64,000 bases of DNA from Myxococcota bacterium. GTDB lineage: Bacteria; Myxococcota; JAJVIH01. The DNA is taken from NCBI GenBank assembly GCA_022072125.1, contig JAJVIH010000018.1, positions 27,868 through 91,867 of the forward strand, given 5' to 3'. The notes under the pieces were generated by a model. The model saw only the letters and a program-made list of their open reading frames with translations, had not been told where the DNA came from and did not search any database. This document shows, piece by piece, positions 28,600-38,595 of the stretch. Position numbers and translations under genes: made by a program. The number at the start of each line of letters is the position of its first letter. Position 1 is the first letter of the stretch.

Positions 28600-29301
28600 C
28601 TATTTCAGCCGGTCCGCGGCCTCTTTGAGTCTGGCGGAACAGCCGCTGGTGACCGGTTCCCCGTGGGCCACGATGACGGCTTTCCAGTCCTCGCGCCTTG
28701 ACTGATCCTCCAGCCACTGGCGGTAGCGGGCGCGATCCTGCAACAGAAACATTTTCCCAATCGGCGTCATGCCGAAGTATCCCACCACGCGCATGATATT
28801 GCGCTGGAACCAGTTGCCTTCCTTCAGGTGAAACAGGCAGTCGCACACCACCAGGGCCTTGCCGCCGTCCACATCCAGTTCGTAGGCCAGTTCGATGGGT
28901 TTGACGCCATCAATGGCGATGGCGCGCACGCCCATGCCGCCGTTCTTGAAAACATCCTCGCAATGACCATCCACCTGAACCACCTCGCGCACGAATTTGT
29001 CCGACCCCTTCGGGCACAGCACCCGGATATCCGGGTAGCGTTTCTTGTAGCGCGGCGCATCGAGCCGATGATAGCGGGTGGGAACAATCATGATGCTGGG
29101 CTTGCCCAGCTTTTCCATGGCCGCCATGGCTTCATCCGTCATGGCGATGGCGCTGTGGATGAGCAACCCGCCATCGCGCATGCGGTAGATCACCATATTG
29201 CGGGGCAGCGGCATGTTTTTCAGCGCGCCCGTCACCACCCACAGGTTGGATGCGAGGGGGGCGATGCCGCCATGCGGCGAAATTCCATCGGTCCAGGCCA
29301 T
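28600..29301 (-). CDS. Hypothetical protein (DUF4336-like)
   Basis: Intact 233-aa ORF, NLWVVTGAL...LLIHSAIAMTDE...IMIVPTRYHRLDAP. No motif I can assign with confidence. The family call is from memory and weak. Confidence 0.4.
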   Translation of the reverse strand: MAWTDGISPHGGIAPLASNLWVVTGALKNMPLPRNMVIYRMRDGGLLIHSAIAMTDEAMAAMEKLGKPSIMIVPTRYHRLDAPRYKKRYPDIRVLCPKGSDKFVREVVQVDGHCEDVFKNGGMGVRAIAIDGVKPIELAYELDVDGGKALVVCDCLFHLKEGNWFQRNIMRVVGYFGMTPIGKMFLLQDRARYRQWLEDQSRREDWKAVIVAHGEPVTSGCSARLKEAADRLK

Positions 29302-29449
29302 GATATTCTCCGGAAAATCGTCCCGTAGTCCGGAGCGGACCTATCACCGGGCGGCGGCATGTTCAACCGGAGCATCCGGAACCTGCGTCCGCATCACTTC
29401 CAGGTTATCACCGTAATGAAGCCGGTTCATGGATTTCAGCCGGAGAACA

Positions 29450-29539
29450 TGGCGGAGAGGGTGGGATTCGAACCCACGTTACCGTTGCCGGTAAACCTGA
29501 TTTCGAGTCAGGCGCCTTCAACCGCTCGGCCACCTCTCC
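29450..29539 (-). tRNA. tRNA-Ser (anticodon CGA), CCA encoded
   Basis: Reverse complement GGAGAGGTGGCCGAGCGGTTGAAGGCGCCTGACTCGAAATCAGG...GTGGGTTCGAATCCCACCCTCTCCGCCA. 7-bp acceptor stem, anticodon loop CUCGAAA (CGA), long variable arm hairpin ACCGGCAACGGT, T-arm GTGGG-TTCGAAT-CCCAC. Confidence 0.9.
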
Positions 29540-29742
29540 TCAGGGGAAACGCCTTATATCCAAGGCCCTCCAGCGGCGCAAGCGCATGGAATTTCCGTGG
29601 TTTCCCGCGCAACCGTTCATGGGACGCGCTCTCCGCGCCCGCCGCGATCTTCGCGCCGTTGTCACCATCCCCCACCCCCCACCAGGCCGCTGTCACCCAA
29701 CTGTTGCTTGACCACCGGACCCCGGCGCCCGATGAAATTTCC

Positions 29743-30186
29743 ATGGAAAAAAGGAAGCCCCGCGTTCTTTTCCTGTGTGTCGCCAACTCCGCCCGCAGCC
29801 AGATGGCCGAAGGTTTGGCGCGCGCGCTCTTCCCCGGCCTGGATGTTCAAAGCGCCGGGTCCAGCCCCACGCGGGTCAATCCTTTCGCCGTCGAGGTGAT
29901 GGACGAATCCGGCGTGGATATCCGCCATCAATACTCCAAATCCGTATCGGAAATTGATCCCGCCAGCCTGGACTTGGTGATCACCCTGTGCGCCGAAGAG
30001 GTTTGTCCCGTATTTCTGTCAAACGCCCGGCGTTTCCACTGGCCAACGCCAGACCCGGCGAGCAACGATCCTTCCCTTTTCCGCGAGGTCATGCTGGAGC
30101 GTTTCCGCTCCGCCCGGGACGCCATCCGCGCCCGCCTGCTGGAACATCGCACCCTGTTTGAAGACGGCCCGGCCGGGCGCGGTTGA
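29743..30186 (+). CDS. arsC: Low-molecular-weight phosphotyrosine phosphatase family protein / ArsC-type arsenate reductase
   Basis: P-loop CX5R: [16 protein letters not shown]. Conserved downstream ...[10 protein letters not shown]...C. Start moved to MEKRKPRV; the track ORF's upstream extension overlaps the tRNA region. Confidence 0.65.
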   Translation: MEKRKPRVLFLCVANSARSQMAEGLARALFPGLDVQSAGSSPTRVNPFAVEVMDESGVDIRHQYSKSVSEIDPASLDLVITLCAEEVCPVFLSNARRFHWPTPDPASNDPSLFREVMLERFRSARDAIRARLLEHRTLFEDGPAGRG

Positions 30187-30334
30187 TCGCCATTCCCGCA
30201 ATCCCGGCGGCGCCGCGGTAAAATCGCTTCTCATTCATATGGCGGAGCGGCCCGCGCGGGAAGACTGTTCTTCCGGCTTGCGGGATTGGGCGTCCCTCGA
30301 CAAACAAGGGCGGATTCCGTTATCAAGGAGCGAT

Positions 30335-31768
30335 ATGTCGCATTACGATTTGATCGTCATCGGTTCGGGCCCCGCGGGGGAAAAGGGCGCCGCCCAGGCG
30401 GCGTATTTTGGCAAGCGGGTGGCCATTATCGAAGCCCAGGCCCGTCCCGGCGGGGCCTGCGTCAACACCGGCACCATCCCCAGCAAGACGCTGCGCGAAT
30501 CCTCGCTTTACCTGTCGGGGGTGCGTTCGCGCGGGCTGTTCGGCGTGAATTACCTGATCAAACGCGACATCTCCGTCCAGGATTTCATGTACCGCAAACA
30601 CTATGTGGTGGGACGGGAGATCGAGCGCATCAACCGGAATATTGATCGCCACCGCATTGATCTCATCGAAGGCTGGGCGCAATTCGCCGGCCCCCGCGAA
30701 ATCCTGGTGGATGGCCCCAAGGGCCGGCAGCGTCTCACCGCGGATATTTTCCTGATCGCCACGGGCAGCACGCCGCACCATCCCGCCGGATTTCCGTTCG
30801 ACCTCCCAGGCGTCTACGACAGCGACACCATCCTCGATATCAAGGATTTGCCGCGCTCGATGGCGATCATCGGGGCGGGGGTGATTGGCTGTGAATACGC
30901 CACCATCTTCGCCGCGCTGGGCGCCCGCGTGATCCTGGTGGATGGCCGGGAGCAGATGCTGCCCTTCCTTGATCGCGAACTGTCGCAGAAGCTGCACGAA
31001 CAGATGATGCGGTTGGGCATCCAGGTGCTGTTCCGCGAATCAGTCACCGGCGTGGAGCGCATGGACGGCGTGCTGCGCGTGCGCCTCAAATCCGGCGACG
31101 ATTTCGACGTGGCCGCCGTACTGAACACCAGCGGACGCAACGGCAATATCGCCAAGCTGGCCCTGGACAAGGCCGGCGTGCAGACGGGAGAACGCGGCCG
31201 CGTGGTGGTCAATGATCACTTCCAGACCAGCGTTCCTCATATCTACGCCGCGGGCGATGTGGTGGGCTTTCCAGCCTTGGCCAGCGTCTCCATGGAGCAG
31301 GGGCGCGTGGCCATGTGTCACGCCTTCGGCATCAAGTACAAGGATCGCGTGTCCAACCTGCTGCCCATGGGCGTATACACCATTCCCGAGGTGTCCGCGG
31401 TGGGCGAAACCGAGGAAAGCTGCCAGGAAAAAGGCATTCCGCATGAGGTTGGCAGGGCCGGGTACGCGGGCAACGCGCGCGGCCAGATCATCGGCGACGA
31501 GGACGGCTTCGTGAAGCTGGTCTTCCACCGGGAGAACCTGCGCCTGCTGGGCGTCCACGTGATCGGCGAAAAGGCCAGCGAACTGGTTCATATCGGCCAG
31601 GCGGTCATGAGCTTCAACGGCCAGATCGATTATTTCATCCAGACGGTGTTCAACTACCCGACGCTCTCCGAACTCTACAAATACGCCGCCTACGACGGGC
31701 TTGGACGCCTGTCGCGCCGCGTGCAGATGGAAGGCGTCAACGCGCTGAAAAAAGACGCCGCGGAATGA
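30335..31768 (+). CDS. sthA: Soluble pyridine nucleotide transhydrogenase (SthA/UdhA)-like flavoprotein disulfide reductase
   Basis: YDLIVIGSGPAGEKGA...GGACVNTGTIPSK, ...GAGVIGCEYATIFAALG, ...HIYAAGDVVGFPALAS, ...NYPTLSELYKYAA. Co-linear with E. coli SthA as recalled. AAGGAG RBS 6 nt upstream of the ATG. Confidence 0.75.
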   Translation: MSHYDLIVIGSGPAGEKGAAQAAYFGKRVAIIEAQARPGGACVNTGTIPSKTLRESSLYLSGVRSRGLFGVNYLIKRDISVQDFMYRKHYVVGREIERINRNIDRHRIDLIEGWAQFAGPREILVDGPKGRQRLTADIFLIATGSTPHHPAGFPFDLPGVYDSDTILDIKDLPRSMAIIGAGVIGCEYATIFAALGARVILVDGREQMLPFLDRELSQKLHEQMMRLGIQVLFRESVTGVERMDGVLRVRLKSGDDFDVAAVLNTSGRNGNIAKLALDKAGVQTGERGRVVVNDHFQTSVPHIYAAGDVVGFPALASVSMEQGRVAMCHAFGIKYKDRVSNLLPMGVYTIPEVSAVGETEESCQEKGIPHEVGRAGYAGNARGQIIGDEDGFVKLVFHRENLRLLGVHVIGEKASELVHIGQAVMSFNGQIDYFIQTVFNYPTLSELYKYAAYDGLGRLSRRVQMEGVNALKKDAAE

Positions 31769-32547
31769 CCGCCCGCTTCGACACCGCCGCTTTCCGGCTT
31801 GACGCCGGCCCGGGCGCTCCCCGGGCGTTCCTGATTCACGGATTCACCGCCACGCCCTGGGATATGCGCATGATCGGCGAGGAACTGCGCCGGCGCGGCT
31901 TCACGGTCGTGGCTCCCCTGCTCGCGGGACACGGCGGGCGCTGGCAGGACCTGGAGCCCCTGAGCTGGCAGGATGTCTACCACCCGGTGTCCCGTCAATT
32001 CCTGGAGTTCGCGGCGGGGGGCAAGGCCAGCGTCATCGGCCATTCCTATGGCGCGCTGCTGGCGCTGCATCTCGCCGCCCAGCATCCGCACGATGTCGCA
32101 TCGGTCAGCGCGCTGGGCGCCGCCATGCATTTTGATCGCCTGACCCGGGCGCTGATTCCGGTCATCCACCGCACCAGGCTGTGGCGCTTTTACCGCGTGC
32201 AACACAAAACCCGCGGCGTGGACAGCCGTGATGATTTCATGCGCTGGAACAAACCTGGCTACATGGACATGCCCATCCGCCATGTCACGGAGATATGGAA
32301 GCTGCGCAACCTCGTGCGCCGCGAACTGGAGCGCGTCACCTGCCCGGCGCTGATCGTCCACAGCCGCAATGATCACACAGCCCCGCATACGGGGGCGCTG
32401 GAATTGACCCGTAAGCTGCGTGCCCGCCCGCTGGAACTGTACCTGACGGAAGAAAGCTTTCACGTGTTGACGGTGGATGTGGAGAAAGAGTTGATCACCC
32501 GGCGCGTCGCCAGCTTCACCCAGCGCGTTCACGCGGGGGACGGATAA
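31765..32547 (+). CDS. Alpha/beta-hydrolase (carboxylesterase/lipase-like)
   Basis: Nucleophile elbow GHSYG, upstream HGFTATPWDM and downstream His region. Start overlaps the sthA stop (ATGA). Confidence 0.65.
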   Translation: MTARFDTAAFRLDAGPGAPRAFLIHGFTATPWDMRMIGEELRRRGFTVVAPLLAGHGGRWQDLEPLSWQDVYHPVSRQFLEFAAGGKASVIGHSYGALLALHLAAQHPHDVASVSALGAAMHFDRLTRALIPVIHRTRLWRFYRVQHKTRGVDSRDDFMRWNKPGYMDMPIRHVTEIWKLRNLVRRELERVTCPALIVHSRNDHTAPHTGALELTRKLRARPLELYLTEESFHVLTVDVEKELITRRVASFTQRVHAGDG

Positions 32548-32671
32548 AGGACGGCGTTCCGGTTCTCGCACGGCGTTCTCAATCCGGCGCTGGCGCGCCA
32601 TCCGCCATTCGAGATGCGGGAAAGCAATATCATCCCGCTCAAGCAGCCCCCGGATTCCAGCCCTTCGCGGC

Positions 32672-33106
32672 CTATTTCGCCTCGGTGGCGATGGAGATGG
32701 TGCGGATGCCGGACAGCTTGGCCAGGTCCATCACCTTGACCACGCGGCCGTGAGGGACCTTTTCATCCGATTGCACCACCAGCGGCGCGCCCGGCTTGTC
32801 CTTGGCGAGGCGCTTCAGATCTTCCTCCAGCGCGCTCAGCGAGGTGAGCTGGTTGCGGTAGATCAGCGAACCATCCTCGTGCAACACCACCACCGCCGCA
32901 TCGGATGGCATGGCGGCGCCCCGGGCGCTGGCGCGCGGCAATTCCACGTCAATCGTGGACACCTGCTGCGAGGGATTGCTGACCGCATTGGAAAAACTCG
33001 ATGTCACCATGAAAAAGATCAGCAACTGGAAGACGATATCAATCATCGGCGTCAGGTTGATTTCGTCGTCTCCGGAATCACTGGTGATCTGCTTGCGGAA
33101 ATTCAT
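32672..33106 (-). CDS. exbD: ExbD/TolR family biopolymer transport protein
   Basis: INLTPMIDIVFQLLIFFMV TM segment plus periplasmic domain. Start overlaps the exbB stop (ATGA). Confidence 0.8.
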   Translation of the reverse strand: MNFRKQITSDSGDDEINLTPMIDIVFQLLIFFMVTSSFSNAVSNPSQQVSTIDVELPRASARGAAMPSDAAVVVLHEDGSLIYRNQLTSLSALEEDLKRLAKDKPGAPLVVQSDEKVPHGRVVKVMDLAKLSGIRTISIATEAK

Positions 33107-33804
33107 GGGCGCGCCTCCTCCGCCGGAGCGGCGGGAACGCTGACCGGTCCTGAACTGGAAAGGTTCTGCGGCGGCAGGGGATATTTCTGCCGGAACTCCA
33201 GCAACTCCACAATCTCGAAGGCGTGTTCTTCCATTTCGAGCACGATCACGTTGATGCGTCCGCGCAGGGTTTTGTGCATGATGTAGGCGGGAATCGCCGC
33301 GAACAGGCCCGCCGCGGTGGTCAGCAGCGCTTCCCACACGCCCCGGGCGACAACCGTGGGGTCGCCCATCACGCCGGCTTTTTCAATGGACTGGAAAGCG
33401 GTGATGAGTCCCAGCACCGTGCCCAGCAGACCCAAAAGCGGCTCCAGGTTGGCGACAATGCTGACCACGCTGACGAAGCGCTCCAGCATCGCCACCTCGA
33501 CGCGGCCGGAAAGCTCCACCGCCTCGCGCATTTTCTCGCGGCCCTGTTCGCGGTTGCGGATCGCCGCGGCGATGATGCGCGCCAGCGCCGAATCGTTTTC
33601 CTCGCAGGCGGCCAGCGCCTCCGAGCATTGCCCGCGCTCCAGCAACGAGCGCAGCCGTTTGAGAAACGCCTGGGGGATGGTGCGCGACTGGCGGAGGCTC
33701 CAGATGCGCTCCAGAAAAATCGCCGCCGCCAGGATGGAGGCGATCAGGATGGGCCACATCACCCATCCGCCGCGGTTCATCAGTTGTTCAAACTGTCCAA
33801 ACAC
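33103..33804 (-). CDS. exbB: MotA/TolQ/ExbB family proton channel
   Basis: Three TM helices. ...LEPLLGLLGTVLGLITAF...TTAAGLFAAIPAY is characteristic of ExbB/TolQ. Confidence 0.8.
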   Translation of the reverse strand: MFGQFEQLMNRGGWVMWPILIASILAAAIFLERIWSLRQSRTIPQAFLKRLRSLLERGQCSEALAACEENDSALARIIAAAIRNREQGREKMREAVELSGRVEVAMLERFVSVVSIVANLEPLLGLLGTVLGLITAFQSIEKAGVMGDPTVVARGVWEALLTTAAGLFAAIPAYIMHKTLRGRINVIVLEMEEHAFEIVELLEFRQKYPLPPQNLSSSGPVSVPAAPAEEARP

Positions 33805-34005
33805 AGGCTGCCTTTGTCTTGTCCATGGTCAGGCTGGCCTGACCGCGGATTCGCGGCCCCCAACGCCTTGTTCCGGTTCGCGCCGGGTCAGGCGCCGGTT
33901 TGCCTTTTTCTCTCCGGACAACGTGGAAAACCGGGCTGAAGCGGTCCATCCCGGCAGTCATGCTCATACAACGGAGCGGCGGAACCGGCCAAGCGGGCGC
34001 AATCG

Positions 34006-35412
34006 TCATGGACGCCAGGTTCCGATGGCGTCGCTCAGCTTGAACAAGGCCAGTTCGGCGCCGATTTTCATGATGTTCAGGCCCATCTCGGCCTGAAGCT
34101 GGCGATCGGTCGCGTCCACCACCTCCAGGCTGGTGATGACCCCCGCCTCGTACTGGGCGCGGGCGGCTTCCACGGTTTCGGTGGCGATCTTCACCTGCTC
34201 CTCCACCACGCGGATCTGGTTGCGCATGGCGATCCAGTTGAGCCATGCGGTGGTGACCTCGCGCTCGATTTCGATGCGCTGGTTGCGGACGGCCTCGTTG
34301 GCCTCGACAATGCGCGATTCGGCGTCCTTGAGGTCGGCGTAGCGGGTTCCGCCGTCGTAAAGGGGAATCGTCAGGGTGAATACAAGCTGGTACACAAAAT
34401 TGTCGCCCTGGAAGCCGGGGGTGTCGGTGCCGCGCAGCAGGCCGGTGAAATCGAGCGATGGGACGAATTTCATCCACGCCACGTCATCGAGCCGGTTGGC
34501 CATGCTTTTGGCGAAGTCCAACGACTTCAGTTCGTCGCGGTTGGCGATGGCGGACTGCACCAACGTGGGTAATTCGCTGTTGACGGGGGGAACCGGGTTG
34601 GGGTCTTTGGTGGAAAATTCCGCCGGCCCGCCGATGAGGTTGGCCAGCACCGCGCGCGCCTGGTCAATGCCGGCCCTGGTGCGCGTGATCTCCAGTTCCA
34701 CTGCGGAAATCGCCGCCCGCGCCTGAATGACATCGAGTTTGGCGCCAATGCCGCCCGCCAGCCGGGCCTCGGCCACCCGCAAATGTTCCTTGCGCACAAT
34801 CAGCGAGGATTCCTGGATTTTCAGTTGCCGTTCGGCGGTGACCAACTGGTAGTAGGTCTCGACCACGCCGCGCAACAGCTTGCGCTCCTGCACGGTGTTG
34901 GTCAGCTTCTGCATTTCCAGGTTGTCGTATTCGTTCTTGATCAGGGGGATGGACAGGCCGTTGAACAATGGCTGCCGCAGCACCAGGTTCATGCCGAAGC
35001 TGTTGCGGCGGACAATCTCGATGGGCTGGCTGTTGGATCGAATCAGGGCGCGCTGTTCATCGAATTTGCTGGCGGGGATCAGGCCGCTGTCGCCCACCAG
35101 ATTCTGGATGGTGTCAATGGTGGCGATGGCGGACTGGGCGGGATCCAGCGCGCCGCCCGCCGAAGTATGGGTGAAGGTGCCCTGCCAGGTCAGGTTGGGT
35201 TTGATGAAGGCCCAGGCCTTGTCAATGCGGGCGTTGGCCTGGGTGACTTTCTGTTCCAGCAGCGGAAAGGCCGGATTGTTCTTGCGCGCCAGAACCAGCG
35301 CTTCCTCGATGGTCAGAACAGGCGGCGATTTCTGGGCGAAAGCGGAAACAGCCGCCAACAGGCAGGTCAGACCAACAACGGAAGCCAGCATACGGCGCTG
35401 GTAACGGACCAT
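34006..35412 (-). CDS. TolC-family outer membrane efflux protein
   Basis: Signal peptide, two repeated coiled-coil/beta-barrel halves, LEEALVLARKNNP at the N-terminus. Confidence 0.75.
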   Translation of the reverse strand: MVRYQRRMLASVVGLTCLLAAVSAFAQKSPPVLTIEEALVLARKNNPAFPLLEQKVTQANARIDKAWAFIKPNLTWQGTFTHTSAGGALDPAQSAIATIDTIQNLVGDSGLIPASKFDEQRALIRSNSQPIEIVRRNSFGMNLVLRQPLFNGLSIPLIKNEYDNLEMQKLTNTVQERKLLRGVVETYYQLVTAERQLKIQESSLIVRKEHLRVAEARLAGGIGAKLDVIQARAAISAVELEITRTRAGIDQARAVLANLIGGPAEFSTKDPNPVPPVNSELPTLVQSAIANRDELKSLDFAKSMANRLDDVAWMKFVPSLDFTGLLRGTDTPGFQGDNFVYQLVFTLTIPLYDGGTRYADLKDAESRIVEANEAVRNQRIEIEREVTTAWLNWIAMRNQIRVVEEQVKIATETVEAARAQYEAGVITSLEVVDATDRQLQAEMGLNIMKIGAELALFKLSDAIGTWRP

Positions 35413-35470
35413 GAAGCATCCTTTCGCGGCTGGCGTCCGGGCACGCCAAGACTCCCCCCCGCACGGGTGC

Positions 35471-35752
35471 TCATGTGTAATTCTTTTTCTGGGCGATGGC
35501 CACCAGCGCGTTCATGTTTTTGGTCACAAATTTCCTGAATTCATCCGGATCGATATCCGTGCCTTCAATCACCTTCTGGATGATCTCCTCCAGGCCCGCA
35601 TAACGGTTCCGGGATATCTCCATGGAGACCTTGAGCAGGGCGGCCGGATAATAGGGATGATGAACCAGTTCCTCGGGGGGGAGGGCCTGGTCCGGATCAT
35701 TGCCGCCGTTGGGGGGCGAGGCGGGGGGATTCTGGCGATTGGAATTGTCCAT
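35471..35752 (-). CDS. Small hypothetical protein (93 aa) with Asn/Pro-rich N-terminus and helical C-terminus, first gene of the tolC-exbB-exbD string
   Basis: MDNSNRQNPPASPPNGGNDPDQALPPEEL...ISRNRYAGLEEIIQKVIEGTDIDPDEFRKFVTKNMNALVAIAQKKNYT. A longer track ORF exists but its N-terminus lies in the AT-rich promoter-like region. Confidence 0.4.
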   Translation of the reverse strand: MDNSNRQNPPASPPNGGNDPDQALPPEELVHHPYYPAALLKVSMEISRNRYAGLEEIIQKVIEGTDIDPDEFRKFVTKNMNALVAIAQKKNYT

Positions 35753-35769
35753 GGGATTCGGTGGTGCGT

Positions 35770-35812
35770 TTGAACCATTACCATATATCACCATACATGT
35801 GCGGTCAAATAT
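35770..35812 (-). promoter_or_regulatory. AT-rich candidate sigma70 promoter for the small-ORF/tolC/exbBD operon
   Basis: Minus strand reads TTGACC - 17 nt - TATGGT in an unusually AT-rich stretch (accatatatcaccatacatgt). Confidence 0.3.
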
Positions 35813-36094
35813 GTTGTTCCGCCTCCAGCCACCCCACCCCCATGGTTTGCGGCTGATCCACGGCGCAATCGCCTGTCCAGCGGCGCGCCCGGACGCCGGG
35901 CCTTCGGCTCGCCGGGGGCAAGTCAACCGCGCACCAAGGATATAACGCCGTGGCCGCCGCCGGCCAGAGCATCTCCGCTGGTGTGAGAAGACTCCTCACC
36001 GGACCGCCGGATGTGACCGAACATTCCCCACAAACGCCCGCCGCACGCCGGAAAGAAGTCCATCCAGCGGGGCCGGCCATGCAAGGAGATTGCC

Positions 36095-38401
36095 ATGCAC
36101 CCGAGACACTGGTGGAAATACCTGTTGGCGGTTCTGGTCATTGGCGCGGCGGGCGTCATGTACATGGGCGCAAAGACTTACAGCGACGCGCCGCCAGTTC
36201 CGGATTTCGCCGGTCCGGACGGAACGGTGCTTATCACCAGCAGTCAGGTGCTGGACGGCCAGGAGGTCTTTCTCAAGCGCGCCCTGATGAACTACGGTTC
36301 CATGTTCGGAGACGGCGCCGGGCGCGGGCCGGATTTCACCGCCGAGGCGCTGAATACCGGCGCGCGCGCCATGCAGCAATGGTACGAAGCCGCGGCGGAG
36401 CGCGATCCCGTCCTCGCCGATCAACTCATGCGCGAGGGCGTGGCGGGCCGCGTGCAACACGACATCCGCCACAATGCCTGGAATGCGGAGACCAACACCG
36501 TGCGGCTGACCGCGGCGCAGGCCGCGGCGTGGAAGGCGGTGCAGGATCATTATACCGCTAAATTCGCCTCGCGGTCCGCCGGCGCGTTCCAGCCCGCCGG
36601 ACTGATTTCGGACCCCGGCGAGATACATCTCTTGAGCGCGTTTTTCTTCTGGGGAGCATGGGTCTGCGGCGCGGAACGGCCAGGAACCGGCGCCAGTTAC
36701 ACGCACAACTGGCCCTACGACGAACTGGCCGGCAACCGTCCCACGCCGGGGACTTCATTCTGGAGCGTGATGGGATCGCTGGCCCTGATCCTGGCGCTGG
36801 GGGGCGTGCTGTATCTCCATGGACGTTATTCAGACGCCGAAACGCGCCAGCCGGAAGACATCAGCCCGCCAGCCACCATCGCGCGGGTGAGCGCGGCGAG
36901 CGCCTCCGGCCTGCAGCGGCTGACCTACGCATTTTTCGTCACCGCCATGGCGCTCTTCCTGCTCCAGGTCATCGCCGGCGTGTTCACGGTGCATGATTTT
37001 CTGGGCTTCACCACCTTCTTCGGAATCAACTTTTCGGAATATCTCCCGGTGACAGTGACCCGGAGTTGGCATGTCCAGTTCGCGGTGCAGTGGATCGCCG
37101 CCTGCTGGATCGCCGGTTCGCTGTTTGTATTGCCGCGCATCGCGCCACAGCCGCCCTCCCAGGTGACGCTGGCGAAAATTCTTTTTGGCATGCTGGTCAT
37201 CGTGGTGGCGGGCACGCTGGTGGGAGGCGTTCTGGGCCCTCATGGATTGCTGGGCGAATACTGGCGCGCACTGGGAAACCAGGGCTGGGAATTTGTCGAA
37301 CTGGGCAGGGTCTTTCAGTGGATATTGTTCGGGGTGTTCATCCTGTGGGCGATCATCCTGATTCGCGGGGTCTGGCCCGCGCTGGGAAAAGCATCGCCCT
37401 TCTCGATTCCCAACTGGATGCTCTACACCACGGCGGGAATCACCCTGTTGTTCGCGTCGGGATTCGTTTCGGGACCGCGCGCCAATTTTGTCATCGCCGA
37501 TTTCTGGCGCTGGTGCGTCATCCACATGTGGGCGGAATGTTTCTTCGAGGTGTTCACCACTGTGATCGCCTCGTGGTTCCTGGTGACAATGGGGGTGCTG
37601 GGCAGGCAGCGCGCCGAACGCATCGTGTTTCTGGCGGTCCTGCTTTTCCTGGGGTCGGGCCTGCTGGGCATCAGCCACAATTTTTACTGGAACGCCAAGC
37701 CTGAACCCATGCTGGCGATTGGCAGCGTCTTCTCCACCATGCAGGTGATTCCGCTGATCATGGTGACGGCGGAGGCCTGGCGTTTCCGCCGTTTGCCGCG
37801 CCAAGCCATGCGCAACGAAGGCGGCGTCAGCCAGTTCGGACTTACCGAACCCTTCCTGTTTTTGCTGGGAGTGAACTTCTGGAATTTCCTGGGCGCGGGG
37901 GTGTTTGGATTCATCATCAACCTGCCCATCGTCAATTATTTCGAGCATGGCACCTACCTGACAGTGAACCATGGCCACGCAGCGCTGTTTGGCGTGTACG
38001 GCAACCTGTCCATCGCGGCGGCCCTGTTCTGCGCCCGTTATCTCCTGCGCGCGGAGGCCTGGAGTCCGCGCATCCTCCGGATTTCCTTCTGGAGCCTGAA
38101 CGGGGGCTTGCTGCTGATGGTGCTGATGCACACCCTGCCGCTGGGGGTGGCGCAGTTCATGCTGGTGCTGCGCGAGGGATACGCCGCCGCACGCTCCCAT
38201 ACCTTCGTCGAAGGCCCGCTGTTCCAGACGCTGACCTGGATGCGCGCCATCGGCGGGGTGACGTTTTTCCTGGGAGGCGTGGTTCCGCTGGTGTGGTTCT
38301 TCCTGTCCCGGGCCAACAGCCTGAAACCCCCGGCGCCAGAGGCCGCGATGGAGAAGAAAGAATCCGGCATGGAGGCCGGAGCCGCCGCCGCCCCGTCCTG
38401 A
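36095..38401 (+). CDS. norZ: Quinol-dependent nitric oxide reductase (qNOR, NorZ), heme-copper oxidase superfamily
   Basis: 768 aa. N-terminal TM + ~200-aa periplasmic extension fused to a 12-TM NorB-like core with conserved His ligands (HNFYWN, HGH). AAGGAG RBS upstream. Confidence 0.8.
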   Translation: MHPRHWWKYLLAVLVIGAAGVMYMGAKTYSDAPPVPDFAGPDGTVLITSSQVLDGQEVFLKRALMNYGSMFGDGAGRGPDFTAEALNTGARAMQQWYEAAAERDPVLADQLMREGVAGRVQHDIRHNAWNAETNTVRLTAAQAAAWKAVQDHYTAKFASRSAGAFQPAGLISDPGEIHLLSAFFFWGAWVCGAERPGTGASYTHNWPYDELAGNRPTPGTSFWSVMGSLALILALGGVLYLHGRYSDAETRQPEDISPPATIARVSAASASGLQRLTYAFFVTAMALFLLQVIAGVFTVHDFLGFTTFFGINFSEYLPVTVTRSWHVQFAVQWIAACWIAGSLFVLPRIAPQPPSQVTLAKILFGMLVIVVAGTLVGGVLGPHGLLGEYWRALGNQGWEFVELGRVFQWILFGVFILWAIILIRGVWPALGKASPFSIPNWMLYTTAGITLLFASGFVSGPRANFVIADFWRWCVIHMWAECFFEVFTTVIASWFLVTMGVLGRQRAERIVFLAVLLFLGSGLLGISHNFYWNAKPEPMLAIGSVFSTMQVIPLIMVTAEAWRFRRLPRQAMRNEGGVSQFGLTEPFLFLLGVNFWNFLGAGVFGFIINLPIVNYFEHGTYLTVNHGHAALFGVYGNLSIAAALFCARYLLRAEAWSPRILRISFWSLNGGLLLMVLMHTLPLGVAQFMLVLREGYAAARSHTFVEGPLFQTLTWMRAIGGVTFFLGGVVPLVWFFLSRANSLKPPAPEAAMEKKESGMEAGAAAAPS

Positions 38402-38595
38402 TCCGGATCGCATGGACTGGCTGAATGGGCTGCATGGCCGGAGCAGGCCGCCGCGGGCGTGAAACGCCCCTCGCCGCCGCGCGCTACTTTCTCCCGCCAT
38501 GGCCCTTTTCGACAGGCTTCCTCTCCGCATGCTGGACGAAAACCACGGAGCGGGTATGCTGGCGATCCAACACGCAAGCGATGGAGTGAGCGGCC

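Noticed and set aside
28505-28600. Hairpin CATCCC-N9-GGGATG between convergent ilvA and the DUF4336-like gene as a terminator
   Set aside because: Only a 6-bp stem with no adjacent T/A run on either strand. Too weak to call.
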